Origin: an uncultured delta proteobacterium | GTDB lineage: Bacteria > Desulfobacterota > Desulfobacteria > Desulfobacterales > Desulfosalsimonadaceae | Length of the DNA: 64,000 nucleotides | Assembly: GCA_963826785.1 (NCBI GenBank) | Contig: CAWGYD010000006.1 | Coordinates: 480,001 to 544,000 of the forward strand | Direction of reading: 5' to 3' | Shown here: positions 8,750-20,758 of the stretch, piece by piece | Layout: every line of letters begins with the position of its first letter | How positions within the stretch are numbered: position 1 is the stretch's first letter | Notes under the pieces: generated by a model | Seen by the model: the letters and a program-made list of their open reading frames with translations, nothing else | The model's database searches: none | What the model was told of the DNA's origin: nothing | Made by a program: the position numbers and the translations under genes

Positions 8750-10171
8750 ATGAGACAACTGGAGCGCATGATCGAGCGGATCAGCCGGCTGGTCAGCATT
8801 CACCTGAGAAACTTCCATTTCGATCCCGACGCGTACTTGAAAACGACCATACCCATTAAACAATTCGGCAAGTTCTATGGATTCTACGGCATCAGCTCAC
8901 ATCATCCCATCCATTTTCATTTCAGCCATTCCAACCTGGCGGGCAGCTACCTCCTGGGTCAGTGCAAGGTGGACAATTCCATCCTGTACAAGAGTGATAT
9001 CCGGGGGGATGAACTGAAACAAAAAGGAGACGTTCTCGAGTACAAGGGATTTAACATCCCCATCGACCACGATGAGATCATCCGCATCGAGGACAGCTTT
9101 CTGATCAAGACCCTGGTGCACAATTACTCCCATGATCCTGAAAAGCCGGAACAGTTTTTGATCAAGTGCTCGGCCTCCATGCATTATGCCAATATTCACG
9201 GATCCACCATGGTCGGGTGCTTCCTGGGACCGTTTGCCACGGTGGACCTCACCTCCCTGCGGGACTGCCGGATCGGGGAATTTTCCTACATCTGGGTTGG
9301 AGAACTGGCGTATCAGCAGGTGGGTCCGGGTGTGGTCTGGGTGAAAAACGGGGATGTCTTTGATTTTAAATACAGCTTTCCCGAAAAGGTCTTGAACCGC
9401 TACGTGCGGTTTTCGGAAAACAATGTTCCCGTGGGGGCTCTCATGGAATTTGTGGAAAACCGGGAAATGGATTTCGAGCGGCTCTATCACGTGGTTCATC
9501 TCAAGCCGCCGGTGAACGTGCCCTCCGGTGCCTCCATCAACCGGTACTCGGTATTCAAGGGCCAGAGCCAGATCGGGGAGAATGTCCTGGTGGCCCAGCG
9601 GGCATACATCGAGGACTCCCTGCTGGGAAACGGGGCCAATGCCCAGGAAAACTGCTATATCACCCATTCACGGCTGGAAGGATTGAACGTGACCGCCCAC
9701 GGGGCCAAGCTGAGCTTCGTTCAACTGGGACGGAAGGTGTTCGTGGGATTCAACTCCTTTTTGCGGGGAAAACTGATCTGCCCTTTGGTGGTCGGCGAAA
9801 ACAGCATCATCATGCCCCATACCATCATCGACCTGGACGAGCCGGTCACCGTTCCTCCCGAGACCCTGGTCTGGGGGTACATCACCTCGCCCAAGGATTT
9901 AAAGACCCACAGCATACCCCTAAAAGACCTGGCGGCATCGGACAAGCCCATTGAAATCGGAAGGATGCGGTTTTCCGGCAGCGGCCTTCAGTTCGTCAAG
10001 ACCTTCCAGGACCGCATCAACCACATTCTGGAGGCAAACGGTGCCTTTTTCGACGGCACCAGCGGAAAAGGTCATGCGCAGAAAGGACAGAACATCTCCT
10101 TTAATATCATCCAGCCATATCCCATGGGTCCTCTGAAGGGACTTTATCCAACCATTGATATTAATCCCTGA
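8750..10171 (+). CDS. Hexapeptide-repeat (left-handed beta-helix) transferase-like protein
   Basis: LbH-like segments (ANIHGSTMVGCFLGPFATVD; QIGENVLVAQRAYIEDSLLGNGANAQENCYI; VVGENSIIMPHTII); GAGGAG RBS. Confidence 0.7.
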   Translation: MRQLERMIERISRLVSIHLRNFHFDPDAYLKTTIPIKQFGKFYGFYGISSHHPIHFHFSHSNLAGSYLLGQCKVDNSILYKSDIRGDELKQKGDVLEYKGFNIPIDHDEIIRIEDSFLIKTLVHNYSHDPEKPEQFLIKCSASMHYANIHGSTMVGCFLGPFATVDLTSLRDCRIGEFSYIWVGELAYQQVGPGVVWVKNGDVFDFKYSFPEKVLNRYVRFSENNVPVGALMEFVENREMDFERLYHVVHLKPPVNVPSGASINRYSVFKGQSQIGENVLVAQRAYIEDSLLGNGANAQENCYITHSRLEGLNVTAHGAKLSFVQLGRKVFVGFNSFLRGKLICPLVVGENSIIMPHTIIDLDEPVTVPPETLVWGYITSPKDLKTHSIPLKDLAASDKPIEIGRMRFSGSGLQFVKTFQDRINHILEANGAFFDGTSGKGHAQKGQNISFNIIQPYPMGPLKGLYPTIDINP

Positions 10172-10264
10172 CGGGATTATGGTTATGGCGATCGGCTGTG
10201 AAGATGTTCAGGCGGCGTTTGGCAGCTGTCTAAATTGCAAGACCTGGCCAATTGAAGGAGAATT

Positions 10265-11248
10265 ATGAATCGGTATACGGCAAAACGCATTCTGATCACC
10301 GGCGGGGCGGGGTTTTTGGGCTCCCACCTGTGCGACCGGCTGCTGGCGGACGGAAATGAAGTCATCTGTCTGGACAACTGCTACACGGGGACCAAGGCAA
10401 ACATCTATCACCTGTTCAACAATCCCCAGTTTGAGTTCATCCGGCATGATGTCACCTTTCCCTTCTATATCGAGGTGGATGAAATCTACAACCTGGCCTG
10501 CCCCGCCTCCCCTGTCCATTACCAGTATGACCCCGTCCAGACCACCAAGACATCGGTGCACGGCGCCATCAATATGCTGGGGCTGGCCAAGCGCATCAAG
10601 GCCAGGATCCTTCAGTCTTCCACGTCCGAGGTATACGGCGATCCCCGGGAACATCCCCAGAAAGAAACCTACTGGGGGCACGTCAACCCCATCGGCCCCC
10701 GCTCCTGCTATGACGAGGCCAAGCGCTGCGCGGAAACGCTTTTTTTCGATTATTACCGGCAGCACGGCATCCCCATAAAAGTGGCCCGCATTTTCAATAC
10801 CTATGGCCCCCGGATGCACCCCAACGATGGCCGGGTGGTTTCCAATTTCATCCTGCAGGCCCTGCGCGATCAGCCCATCACCATCTACGGCGACGGTTCC
10901 CAGACCCGTTCGTTCTGCTTTGTGGACGACATGATCGAAGGGCTGATCAAGTTGATGGCCACGCCAAATGGGTTCACCGGCCCGGTCAATCTGGGCAACC
11001 CCTATGAGATGTCCATCCGGGAACTGGCGGAAAAGATCATTGCCATTTCCGGTTCGGGATCGAAAATCATTTGCCAGGCGCTGCCGCAGGATGATCCGAA
11101 GCAGCGGAAACCGGACATCAGCCTGGCAAAAGAAGCTCTCGGCTGGAGTCCTGCAGTGAAGCTGGAAGAAGGCCTGGTGCAGACCATCGCCTATTTCGAA
11201 GCCCTGATCAAGGAATCGGCGGCAGCGGACTTAACCTGCAAGAATTAA
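10265..11248 (+). CDS. UDP-glucuronate decarboxylase (UXS-type extended SDR)
   Basis: [46 protein letters not shown]. Confidence 0.92.
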   Translation: MNRYTAKRILITGGAGFLGSHLCDRLLADGNEVICLDNCYTGTKANIYHLFNNPQFEFIRHDVTFPFYIEVDEIYNLACPASPVHYQYDPVQTTKTSVHGAINMLGLAKRIKARILQSSTSEVYGDPREHPQKETYWGHVNPIGPRSCYDEAKRCAETLFFDYYRQHGIPIKVARIFNTYGPRMHPNDGRVVSNFILQALRDQPITIYGDGSQTRSFCFVDDMIEGLIKLMATPNGFTGPVNLGNPYEMSIRELAEKIIAISGSGSKIICQALPQDDPKQRKPDISLAKEALGWSPAVKLEEGLVQTIAYFEALIKESAAADLTCKN

Positions 11249-11310
11249 TTTTGATGGATCTGTTTTCACCTGTGTGCTGCCGGTGATCAAATACCCTGAA
11301 AGGAATCAAA

Positions 11311-11865
11311 ATGGCATCAAAACTGGAAGCGGGTGATAGGGCCCCTGATTTTTCATTCGATACCCCCTGGCAATCCGGTCTGTCGTTTTATACCCAGGCG
11401 GGAGATCAAACGTCGGTGCTGGTATTTCTGCGGTACCTGGGGTGCCCGGTCTGCCAGATGGAAATGGCCCGGCTGAAGCGGGAAATCGATCGTTTTCAGG
11501 ACAAGGGGGCCGCGGTGTTCGTGGTGATCCAGAGTGAAACGGCTGTGGTGAGATCGAGGACCGAGGAGGAAGACTGGCCGTTTGTGCTGGTATGCGATCC
11601 GGAGGCTTCGATTTTCCGGCAGTACGGGGTTGAGCCCGGCGGCGTTCTTAAGTACCTGCACCCGGCGGGACTGGTGGCTGCCGTCCGGGCCACTGCGAAA
11701 GGATTCCGCCACGGCAAATTCGAAGGGAACGAGACCCAGGTGCCGGCGGCCTTTGTGATCTCATCACGGAAAAAAATCGAGTTTGCCCATTACGGGAAAA
11801 CCATCAGCGATGTGCCCTCGCCCGAACAGCTTTCCGCTCAAATCCATTATGATCTGAGAAATTAA
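11311..11865 (+). CDS. Peroxiredoxin-like (AhpC/TSA, thioredoxin-fold) protein
   Basis: GDRAPDF, FLRYLGCPVC, PAAFVI. Confidence 0.8.
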   Translation: MASKLEAGDRAPDFSFDTPWQSGLSFYTQAGDQTSVLVFLRYLGCPVCQMEMARLKREIDRFQDKGAAVFVVIQSETAVVRSRTEEEDWPFVLVCDPEASIFRQYGVEPGGVLKYLHPAGLVAAVRATAKGFRHGKFEGNETQVPAAFVISSRKKIEFAHYGKTISDVPSPEQLSAQIHYDLRN

Positions 11866-12110
11866 TCCGGGTATTGACATTTCATTCAAAATCGGTATAT
11901 CCATATCCCCCGAAAAAACCATTCCCCATTCATAAACAGGTAATTATAAGATGCCAGCAATTTATTTTTATCCTGTGGATGAATGCCTGTGTTCAGCAAG
12001 CATCTCCTTGAACTCACCCATTTATCCCAAAATTGATATCCGGGTCTGCGTGCCTGCAACGGCATGGGGAAATTTCGGTTTAACCGTCAATTTCAAAGGA
12101 GAAGTGTTCG

Positions 12111-13981
<1,871 letters not shown>

Positions 13982-14011
13982 AAAAGGGTTGCTTCACAGC
14001 CAGATACGCAT

Positions 14012-15124
14012 ATGAAAAATTCAAGCTTCAATCTGAGAAAACGTGTGAAACGAAATTCAGCCTCGAAAGGCATCCCGAAAAAGGCGGGAATCCGGGTTGA
14101 ATCGGCCGTTTGGGGCATGGTGATGGTTCTGGTGATGACCGTAATCGGCATCGGGTGCAGGCAGGATCAAACAAATCATTCCCAAAAACCGGTGGGTATT
14201 CAAAAGAATTACCGGCAGGGATCGGTGGAAGTGGTGCTTGCGGCCGATAAAAAGGTCATCACCATCGCCGATACGCTCGATCTGACCATTTCCGTACTGG
14301 CAAAAAGTCAGGACCGGGTCACGCTGCCCCAATTTGATCAGCAGGTGGCGGATTTCAGCGTCAAAAACACGGTTCAGCCGCCCCCCGAACTGGAAGCCGA
14401 CGGCCGGGTGCGCTATGAAAAGACACTGACATTGAAGCCGTTTCTTGCGGGCACCTACACCATTCCGGCCATGGACATTAAAGTGGTACGGCCGGACAGG
14501 GATGCAGCAGCGCCGCTGACCATCCGGACCGAACCGGTGGACATCGAGATCAAATCCGTGCTGCCGGCGGATGCCCAGCCTCAACTGCACGAGATTCAGC
14601 CCCCGGTGTCCCTGCCCGATCGAATATACGTGTGGATTGCCGGTGCAGCCGCTGCCGCACTATTGCTGGCCGGAGGATTTTTGGGTTTTCTATTTTGGCG
14701 GAAGCGAAAAGCCGGCCCCGTGCCCATAGAGATCCGCCCCGCCCATGAGACCGCCCGGGCCGCGCTTTGCGACCTGATGGCCCGGGACCTGCTGGAGCAG
14801 GGGGCCTATAAGGTTTTTTACCTGGAACTCTCCGCCATTCTGCGCCGGTATATCGAAAACCGTTTTGCCTTAAAAGCCCCGGAGCAGACCACTCCGGAAT
14901 TTTTGACCACCATGAAATCCGCCGGCAGCCTGGCCGCCGAACACAAAAAGCTGCTCCGGCGGTTTCTGGAACACAGCGACATGGTGAAATTCGCCAAGTA
15001 CCATCCGGCCTCCCGGGAAGTAAAAGACGCCATCGATATTGTGGAGCGCTTTATCGATGAGACCGCATATGCAAATGCGCCGGAAAAAAGCAAACCGGAC
15101 CGGGAGGAATATCATGCGGTTTGA
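14012..15124 (+). CDS. Bat-operon membrane protein (BatD-like N-domain, TM helix, DUF4381-like C-domain)
   Basis: Signal/lipobox-like IGIGC; PFLAGTYTIP; TM helix; LSAILRRYIENRF..APEQTTPEFL; DMVKFAKY. Start uncertain. Confidence 0.75.
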   Translation: MKNSSFNLRKRVKRNSASKGIPKKAGIRVESAVWGMVMVLVMTVIGIGCRQDQTNHSQKPVGIQKNYRQGSVEVVLAADKKVITIADTLDLTISVLAKSQDRVTLPQFDQQVADFSVKNTVQPPPELEADGRVRYEKTLTLKPFLAGTYTIPAMDIKVVRPDRDAAAPLTIRTEPVDIEIKSVLPADAQPQLHEIQPPVSLPDRIYVWIAGAAAAALLLAGGFLGFLFWRKRKAGPVPIEIRPAHETARAALCDLMARDLLEQGAYKVFYLELSAILRRYIENRFALKAPEQTTPEFLTTMKSAGSLAAEHKKLLRRFLEHSDMVKFAKYHPASREVKDAIDIVERFIDETAYANAPEKSKPDREEYHAV

Positions 15125-16170
15125 GGCGCCTTTGGCCTTTCTGCTCCTCCTGCTGGTTCCCCTGGCCGTATTTCTTTTCTTCAAGCTGCGGGGCAGCGGC
15201 AGCATTTCTTTTTCCAGCACCGGCAACATGGAGGCGATTAAGCCCTCTCTGAAGCAGCGGCTGTTTTATCTGCCCCTGGCGATGCGCATCCTGGCACTGG
15301 TGCTGCTGATCACGGCCCTGGCCCGGCCCCAGGCGGGAACCGAGCAGGCCAGAGACATCAGCCAGGGGATTGCCATCGAGATGGTGGTGGACCGCTCCGG
15401 GAGCATGGGCCAGCAAATGGATTACGACGGCAGCCGCGCCACCCGCCTGGATGTGGTCAAAAAGGTTTTCAATGAATTTGTCGTGGGCAACTCGGGCAGC
15501 CTGTCGGGGCGGCCAACCGATCTGATCGGGATGGTGACCTTTGCCCGCTATTCCCAGACCGTCTGTCCCCTGACCCTGGCCCATGGGGCCATTGCCAAGA
15601 TGCTGGACCACGTGGTCCTGGTCACCCGCAGAAACGAAGACGGCACGGCCGTGGGAGATGCGGTGGCCCTGGCCGCGGCCCGGCTTCAAAAGGCCGAAAA
15701 GACCCTGTCCCGTCAGACGGGGCGGGACGAGCAGGAATACACGATCAAATCAAAGATCATCATTCTGCTTACCGACGGGCAGAACAATGCCGGAGCGCGC
15801 ACCCCGGCAGAAGCCGCCGACTCTGGCCAAAAAATGGGGCATCCGGATCTATACCATCGGCGTGGGCGGCAACCCGGCAGAAGGCGGAGGCGGCCTGTTC
15901 AGCCAGTTCTTATCCATGGCCCGAAGAGGCGTGGATGAGGAAACCTTGAAATCCATGGCCGATGCCACCGGCGGCAGGTTTTACATGGCCGAAGATGCCG
16001 ATTCCCTGCGCGACATCTATGCCCGGATCGATACCATGGAAAAAAGCAGGATCGAATCGGTCCGCTACATGGATTACCGGGAACTTTTTACCCCGCTGGC
16101 CTATGCCGGCCTGGGCTTTTTGTTTCTGGAAATTTTGCTGGCAAACACATGGTTTCGGAGGATTCCTTAA
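15114..16170 (+). CDS. batA: BatA VWA-domain protein (+1 frameshift at ~15819)
   Basis: MRFEAP..LLLL, ALARPQ, MIDAS DRSGSM, GTAVGDAV, LLTDG, IYTIGVG, DEETLKSMADATGGRFY. Confidence 0.85.
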
Positions 16171-16173
16171 CAG

Positions 16174-17226
16174 ATGCGGTTTCAGCACATTGAAATCCTG
16201 CTGCTGCTGTGGGTGATCCCGATACTGGGGGCTTTTTTCGCCTATGGGGCGTACCGGCGCAAGCAGGCCCTGCAGTCGTTTGCCGAATCGAAGCTGCTTT
16301 TCCGGATCAATTGCGAAGTAAGCTCCGCGCGGCGGCGATCAAAGGCCCTGATGCTCATGATCGCGTTTGCCCTGGGGGTTCTGGCCGTTGCCCGGCCCGC
16401 GTGGAACCCGGTGCCCGAAACCGTCAGGCGCACCGGCCGGGACGTGGTGTTCCTGCTGGATGTCTCAAACTCCATGATGGCCGAAGACCTGGCCCCCAAC
16501 CGCCTGGCGCGGGCGAGGCTGGCCATTGCCGACTGCATCGAACACCTGCAGGGGGACCGGGTGGCCCTGGTGGCGTTTGCCGGCAATGCGGTGGTCAAGT
16601 GCCCGCTGACGCTGGATTACGGGTTTTTCCGCATGGCCCTGGAGGATACCGGCCCCGATACCGTATCCCGGGGGGGCACCATGATCGGAGATGCCGTTAG
16701 AGCGGCTTTAGACCAGGTATTTGACGACCGGGACAGCAAGTACAAGGACATCATCCTGATCACCGACGGCGAAGATCATGAGAGCTTCCCCGTGGATGCG
16801 GCCGCCGAAGCCGGCAACCGGGGCATCCGGATGATCGCCATCGGCATCGGGGACGAAAACGAGGGCCGGCGCATCCCCATCACCGATGCCTCGGGAAATC
16901 AGACTTTTCTCAAGTATGACGGCCGGGAAGTATGGAGCAAGCTGGACGCGGATACCCTTCGCCAGATGGTCAACGCCACCCCCGGCGGCCGGTATCTCAA
17001 CGTGGCCACCGGCACCATCGACCTGGGGGAGGTCTACCTGAAACTGGTGGCCACCGCTGAAAAAAAGGCCCTTGAGTCCGAGACGGTCATGCGCTATGAG
17101 GAAAAATTCCAGGTATTTCTGGGATTGATGATTTTTCTGCTCCTTTCCGAAATGCTGGTGGGCGACCGGATGCGCACCAGGGTAAATTCAAAAGTAGATG
17201 CAAAAGCAGATGTAAGGGAGAAATGA
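16174..17226 (+). CDS. batB: BatB VWA-domain protein
   Basis: ARPAW, LDVSNSMMAEDLAPNRL, CPLTLDY, LITDGEDHE. Confidence 0.88.
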   Translation: MRFQHIEILLLLWVIPILGAFFAYGAYRRKQALQSFAESKLLFRINCEVSSARRRSKALMLMIAFALGVLAVARPAWNPVPETVRRTGRDVVFLLDVSNSMMAEDLAPNRLARARLAIADCIEHLQGDRVALVAFAGNAVVKCPLTLDYGFFRMALEDTGPDTVSRGGTMIGDAVRAALDQVFDDRDSKYKDIILITDGEDHESFPVDAAAEAGNRGIRMIAIGIGDENEGRRIPITDASGNQTFLKYDGREVWSKLDADTLRQMVNATPGGRYLNVATGTIDLGEVYLKLVATAEKKALESETVMRYEEKFQVFLGLMIFLLLSEMLVGDRMRTRVNSKVDAKADVREK

Positions 17227-17251
17227 CATCTTTTTACACCGCCTTCATTTT

Positions 17252-18881
17252 ATGAACCAAAAAGCCAAAAAAGACGGATATATAAAAATTTTCAGTGAGC
17301 TTTCAAGAAACTTGTTTTTGCGCGCAAGGGCAAGAAGAACAGCACCCATTTCAAAGGGTTTTTACTGCAAAAACACCGTACGGCTCGATGAGGCGCTTCT
17401 AAGAAAGTGTCCTATGCCGAGGCGACATGGCCGCAGATTTCTCCCGCTCACGGTTCATTATTTTGATGCTTCTAAGATTCGCTGCGCTGCATCCTGGAAA
17501 CTCGCCTGTCGGCTCAGACAGTCCAGGATGCGGCCGCTTTGCTTCATCAAGAAGCATTTCAAAATAATGAAGCCATGTTCGCCGGGAGAACCCCGCAGCC
17601 ATGTCCTGGGCCATACGTATAATTTATATAAAAACAGTATCTTGAGTTGTGAGGTGCGCCTAAGTAAAAAATTCCTCCTGAAAAGAAACAAGTCCCCCTT
17701 TGCAAAGGGGGATTCAGGGGGATTTTGCCGCCGTGAAGTTAAGTCCCCCTCGCTCTTTGGAAAAGGGAATACCTGCGGATTAGTGGTCATTGCCGTTTTG
17801 CTCCTGGCCGTAGCGCCCCGGGTCTTTGCCGAATCGGCCGCCGGCCTGGTGGAGAAGGGAAACCAGGCCTATGCCCGAGAGAAGATGGATGATGCGATGA
17901 GCGCCTATGACAAGGCCCTGGAGAAAATGCCGGAATCGGCCCGGATCCTCTATGACAAGGGGTGCGCCCTGTATAAAAAGGGTGATTACACCGGGGCTTC
18001 CGACATGTTTGAAAAAGCCGCCACCGTCAGCGGTGATGATGATAAACTCGATGCCAAAATCCATTTCAATATGGGAAATTCCATGTTCAAGGCCGCCCAG
18101 TCCGAAAAGAGCGATCCCGACGCCGGACTCTCTGCCATTGAAAGAAGCATCTCCCACTATGAAAAAGCAGTGGACCTGGATCCCGGTCTCGATGCGGCCG
18201 CCCAGAATCTTGAAATCGCCCGGATGACCTACAAGCAGCTGGAAGAAATGATCAAGCAGCAACAGGCGCAGGCCCGGCAGCAACAAGAGCGGCAGGAACA
18301 GATGAAAAAGGATTTAAAAGACCTGGCCGACCGGCAGGAGGCGCTTGGCACGGAAAAGCAAGGCAGAACAAAGCAGGGATAGCGGGCGTAAGGAGAAGGA
18401 TGCGGGGCAAAAGCTGGCCGGGGAACAGGATCAGCTGCAGAAGGACACTCAGAAACTAAGTGAGCAGATGGGCTCTGAGAACAAACAGGATCAGCAGGAA
18501 AAGATGCAGTCGGCTCAACAGGAACTTCAAAGTGCCATGGAAAAACAAGCCGGCGCCCAAAAAGACCTGGCACAGTCGCAGTTTGATTCGGCCGGCGAAA
18601 AGCAGAAGGCCGCGGCAGAGGCGCTGAAAAACGCGCTTTCGGAAATGGAAAAAAACTCCAAGGATTCTAAATCCCAAAAAGCTGAAAAAAAACAGGAGCA
18701 GCCATCCAAGCAGGCGCAGAAAGGAGCGGATCAATCCGCTGAAAAACAGGAGCCGCCTCAGCAGCAGGCCGCAGACACGGGGTCGAAGGATCCGGAAAAG
18801 ATCCTGCAGGAGGAGCAGCAGCACCGGCAGGACATCAGGTCCGAAAAAGGCGCCTGGCAGCCGGTGGAAAAGGACTGGTGA
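17252..18881 (+). CDS. batC: BatC-like TPR protein with Gln-rich tail (start uncertain: 17223, 17252 or GTG 17654; +1 frameshift at ~18345)
   Basis: Signal-like LVVIAVLLLAVAPRVFAES; TPRs (GNQAY, YDKGCALYK, FNMGNSMFK); Q/E/K coiled coil; ends PVEKDW. Confidence 0.8.
17413..17616. mobile_element. ~200-bp nested palindromic MITE-like element
   Basis: Paired arms gacatggc/gccatgtc, ttctcccg/cgggagaa, ttcattattttga/tcaaaataatgaa, tgcttct/agaagca, gcatcctgga/tccaggatgc around aactcgcctgtcggctcagaca; second arm copy at 30052-30105. Confidence 0.75.
17690..17768. repeat. REP-like doublet (TCCCCCTTTNNAAAGGGGGATT-AGGGGGATTT family) inside the batC frame
   Basis: aagtccccctttgcaaagggggattcagggggatttt plus a degenerate partner; near-identical to 22778-22815. 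Confidence 0.75.
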
Positions 18882-20758
18882 TCATGAAACGGATCGCATG
18901 GACGTTCGTCCTGGTCATGATGACCGCATTCCCGCTTTCAGCGGCGGCGGCAAATGACTTTTCCGTTTCCGCGGCCGTGGAAAGCAGTCATGTGTTTGTC
19001 GGCGAATCATTTGTCTTTCAAATTACGGTGGAGGGGGAAGACAGCCCGGATCAGCCCAGGCTGCCCGACATGACCGACTTTTCCGCCCGGTTTGCGGGCG
19101 GCCAGCAGAACAACAGTTCTTCGATTACCATCATCAACGGCAAGATGACCCAGAACGTTCGCCGGGGGTATGTCTTTTCCTGGCAGATGACCCCCAGACG
19201 CGCCGGCAACCTGGAGATTCCATCGGTTGCGGTCACCGCCGGAAGCAGATCCGCCCGGACCCAGCCGGTGCGCATCCAGGCGGCCAAACCCCGGGAAATG
19301 GATGATTTCAAGCTTGCGCTTGCGCTGTCCACCGACACCTGCTACGTGGGCCAGCCGGTCACCCTGAGTGCCATCTGGTATATCGGCGCCGATGTGCAGC
19401 AGTTTCAGTTCAACCTCCCGGTGCTGGACGATCCGCGGTTTGAAGTCGCCGACTGGAACATGCCGGTGGATCCGAACAACAAGGACCGCTACCTCCAGGT
19501 GCCCCTGGGGAACCGCCAGGCCATCGGAATTAAGGAGCAGCGGACCATCAACTCCAAGCCGTACATGGCGGTGCGCATCGACAAGGTGCTGATCCCGAAA
19601 ACGGCCGGAAAAATCACTCTGGATGAGGCCACCGTCTCCTTTACGGCGGTCACCGGGTACCGACAGCCGTCCGGCCGCATGATGGATAATTTTTTCGGAA
19701 ATGATGTCTTTGGCAATTTCCGGCAGCCGGTCACGAAAAAATTCGTGATCCCCTCCAACACCCTGGACTTAAACGTGCGGCCGCTGCCCGATGCGGGCCG
19801 GCCGGACAATTTCAACGGGCTGGTGGGAAACTATTTTATTTCCGCACAGGCCTCCCCCACCCAGGTGAAAGTCGGCGATCCCATTACCCTGACCCTCAAG
19901 GTGACCGGCCCGGATTACCTGGACCCGGTGAAACTGCCGCCGTTGGATCAGCAGACGGATCTGTCCGCCGATTTCCGGATACCGGCGGAAATGGCCCCGG
20001 GGGTGGTGGAAAACGGGGCCAAGGTCTTCACCCAGACCATCCGGGCCGCCCGGGCCGATGTGACGGCCATTCCGGCCATATCGCTGCCCTATTTTGACGC
20101 GGATGCCGGTGAATACCGGGTGGCCGCCACCGCGCCGATCCCACTCGAGGTCAGCGCCACCCGGGTGGTGACCGCCATGGATGCCGAAGGCAATGCCGCG
20201 GCCGAAACGCAGAAGAATGAACTGGAAACCCGGGCCGAGGGGATCGCCTATAACTACGAGGACCTTTCCGTGCTGCAGGATCAGGCGGCCGGGCCGGGCC
20301 ACTGGGTCCGCTCGCCGCTCTGGATCGGTCTGCTGGCGGGATTTCCGGCGCTTTATTTCATCCTGTTCGCTTTTACGGCATTCCGGCGCTCCCGCCTGGC
20401 CGACCCGGAAGGCAACCGGCGGAAAAAAGCATATGCCCGCCTGCTCAAACAGTTAAACGCAATCGACAACCCCGGGGCCAAAACGGATGCGGATGCGGCC
20501 GCCGCCGTGCTGTCCGCCCTGCGGGAATACCTGGCAGCCAAACTCCGCCTTCCCACCGGGGCCCGTACCTGGCGGGAAATGGAGAGCGCCCTTAAGCAAC
20601 ATGGAATAGAGGAGGCGATCGTAGCCGAGGCGAAATCGCTGTTTGATGCCTGCGAAGCCATGGGGTACGGCGGCATTCGCAATACCGATGCGGAAACGGC
20701 CCCGCTGACCCAACGCGCTTCCGCCCTGGCCGGGAAACTGGAACGGAGCCTGTCATGA
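18878..20758 (+). CDS. batD: BatD-family protein
   Basis: Signal peptide; SSSITIINGK, PDNFNGLVGNY, VKVGDPITLTLKVTG, LPYFD; TM helix near the C-terminus. Confidence 0.85.
   Translation: MIMKRIAWTFVLVMMTAFPLSAAAANDFSVSAAVESSHVFVGESFVFQITVEGEDSPDQPRLPDMTDFSARFAGGQQNNSSSITIINGKMTQNVRRGYVFSWQMTPRRAGNLEIPSVAVTAGSRSARTQPVRIQAAKPREMDDFKLALALSTDTCYVGQPVTLSAIWYIGADVQQFQFNLPVLDDPRFEVADWNMPVDPNNKDRYLQVPLGNRQAIGIKEQRTINSKPYMAVRIDKVLIPKTAGKITLDEATVSFTAVTGYRQPSGRMMDNFFGNDVFGNFRQPVTKKFVIPSNTLDLNVRPLPDAGRPDNFNGLVGNYFISAQASPTQVKVGDPITLTLKVTGPDYLDPVKLPPLDQQTDLSADFRIPAEMAPGVVENGAKVFTQTIRAARADVTAIPAISLPYFDADAGEYRVAATAPIPLEVSATRVVTAMDAEGNAAAETQKNELETRAEGIAYNYEDLSVLQDQAAGPGHWVRSPLWIGLLAGFPALYFILFAFTAFRRSRLADPEGNRRKKAYARLLKQLNAIDNPGAKTDADAAAAVLSALREYLAAKLRLPTGARTWREMESALKQHGIEEAIVAEAKSLFDACEAMGYGGIRNTDAETAPLTQRASALAGKLERSLS

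Noticed and set aside
11311..11865. Second selenoprotein (peroxiredoxin-like)
   Set aside because: The motif is encoded as Cys-Pro-Val-Cys (TGC), with no in-frame UGA.
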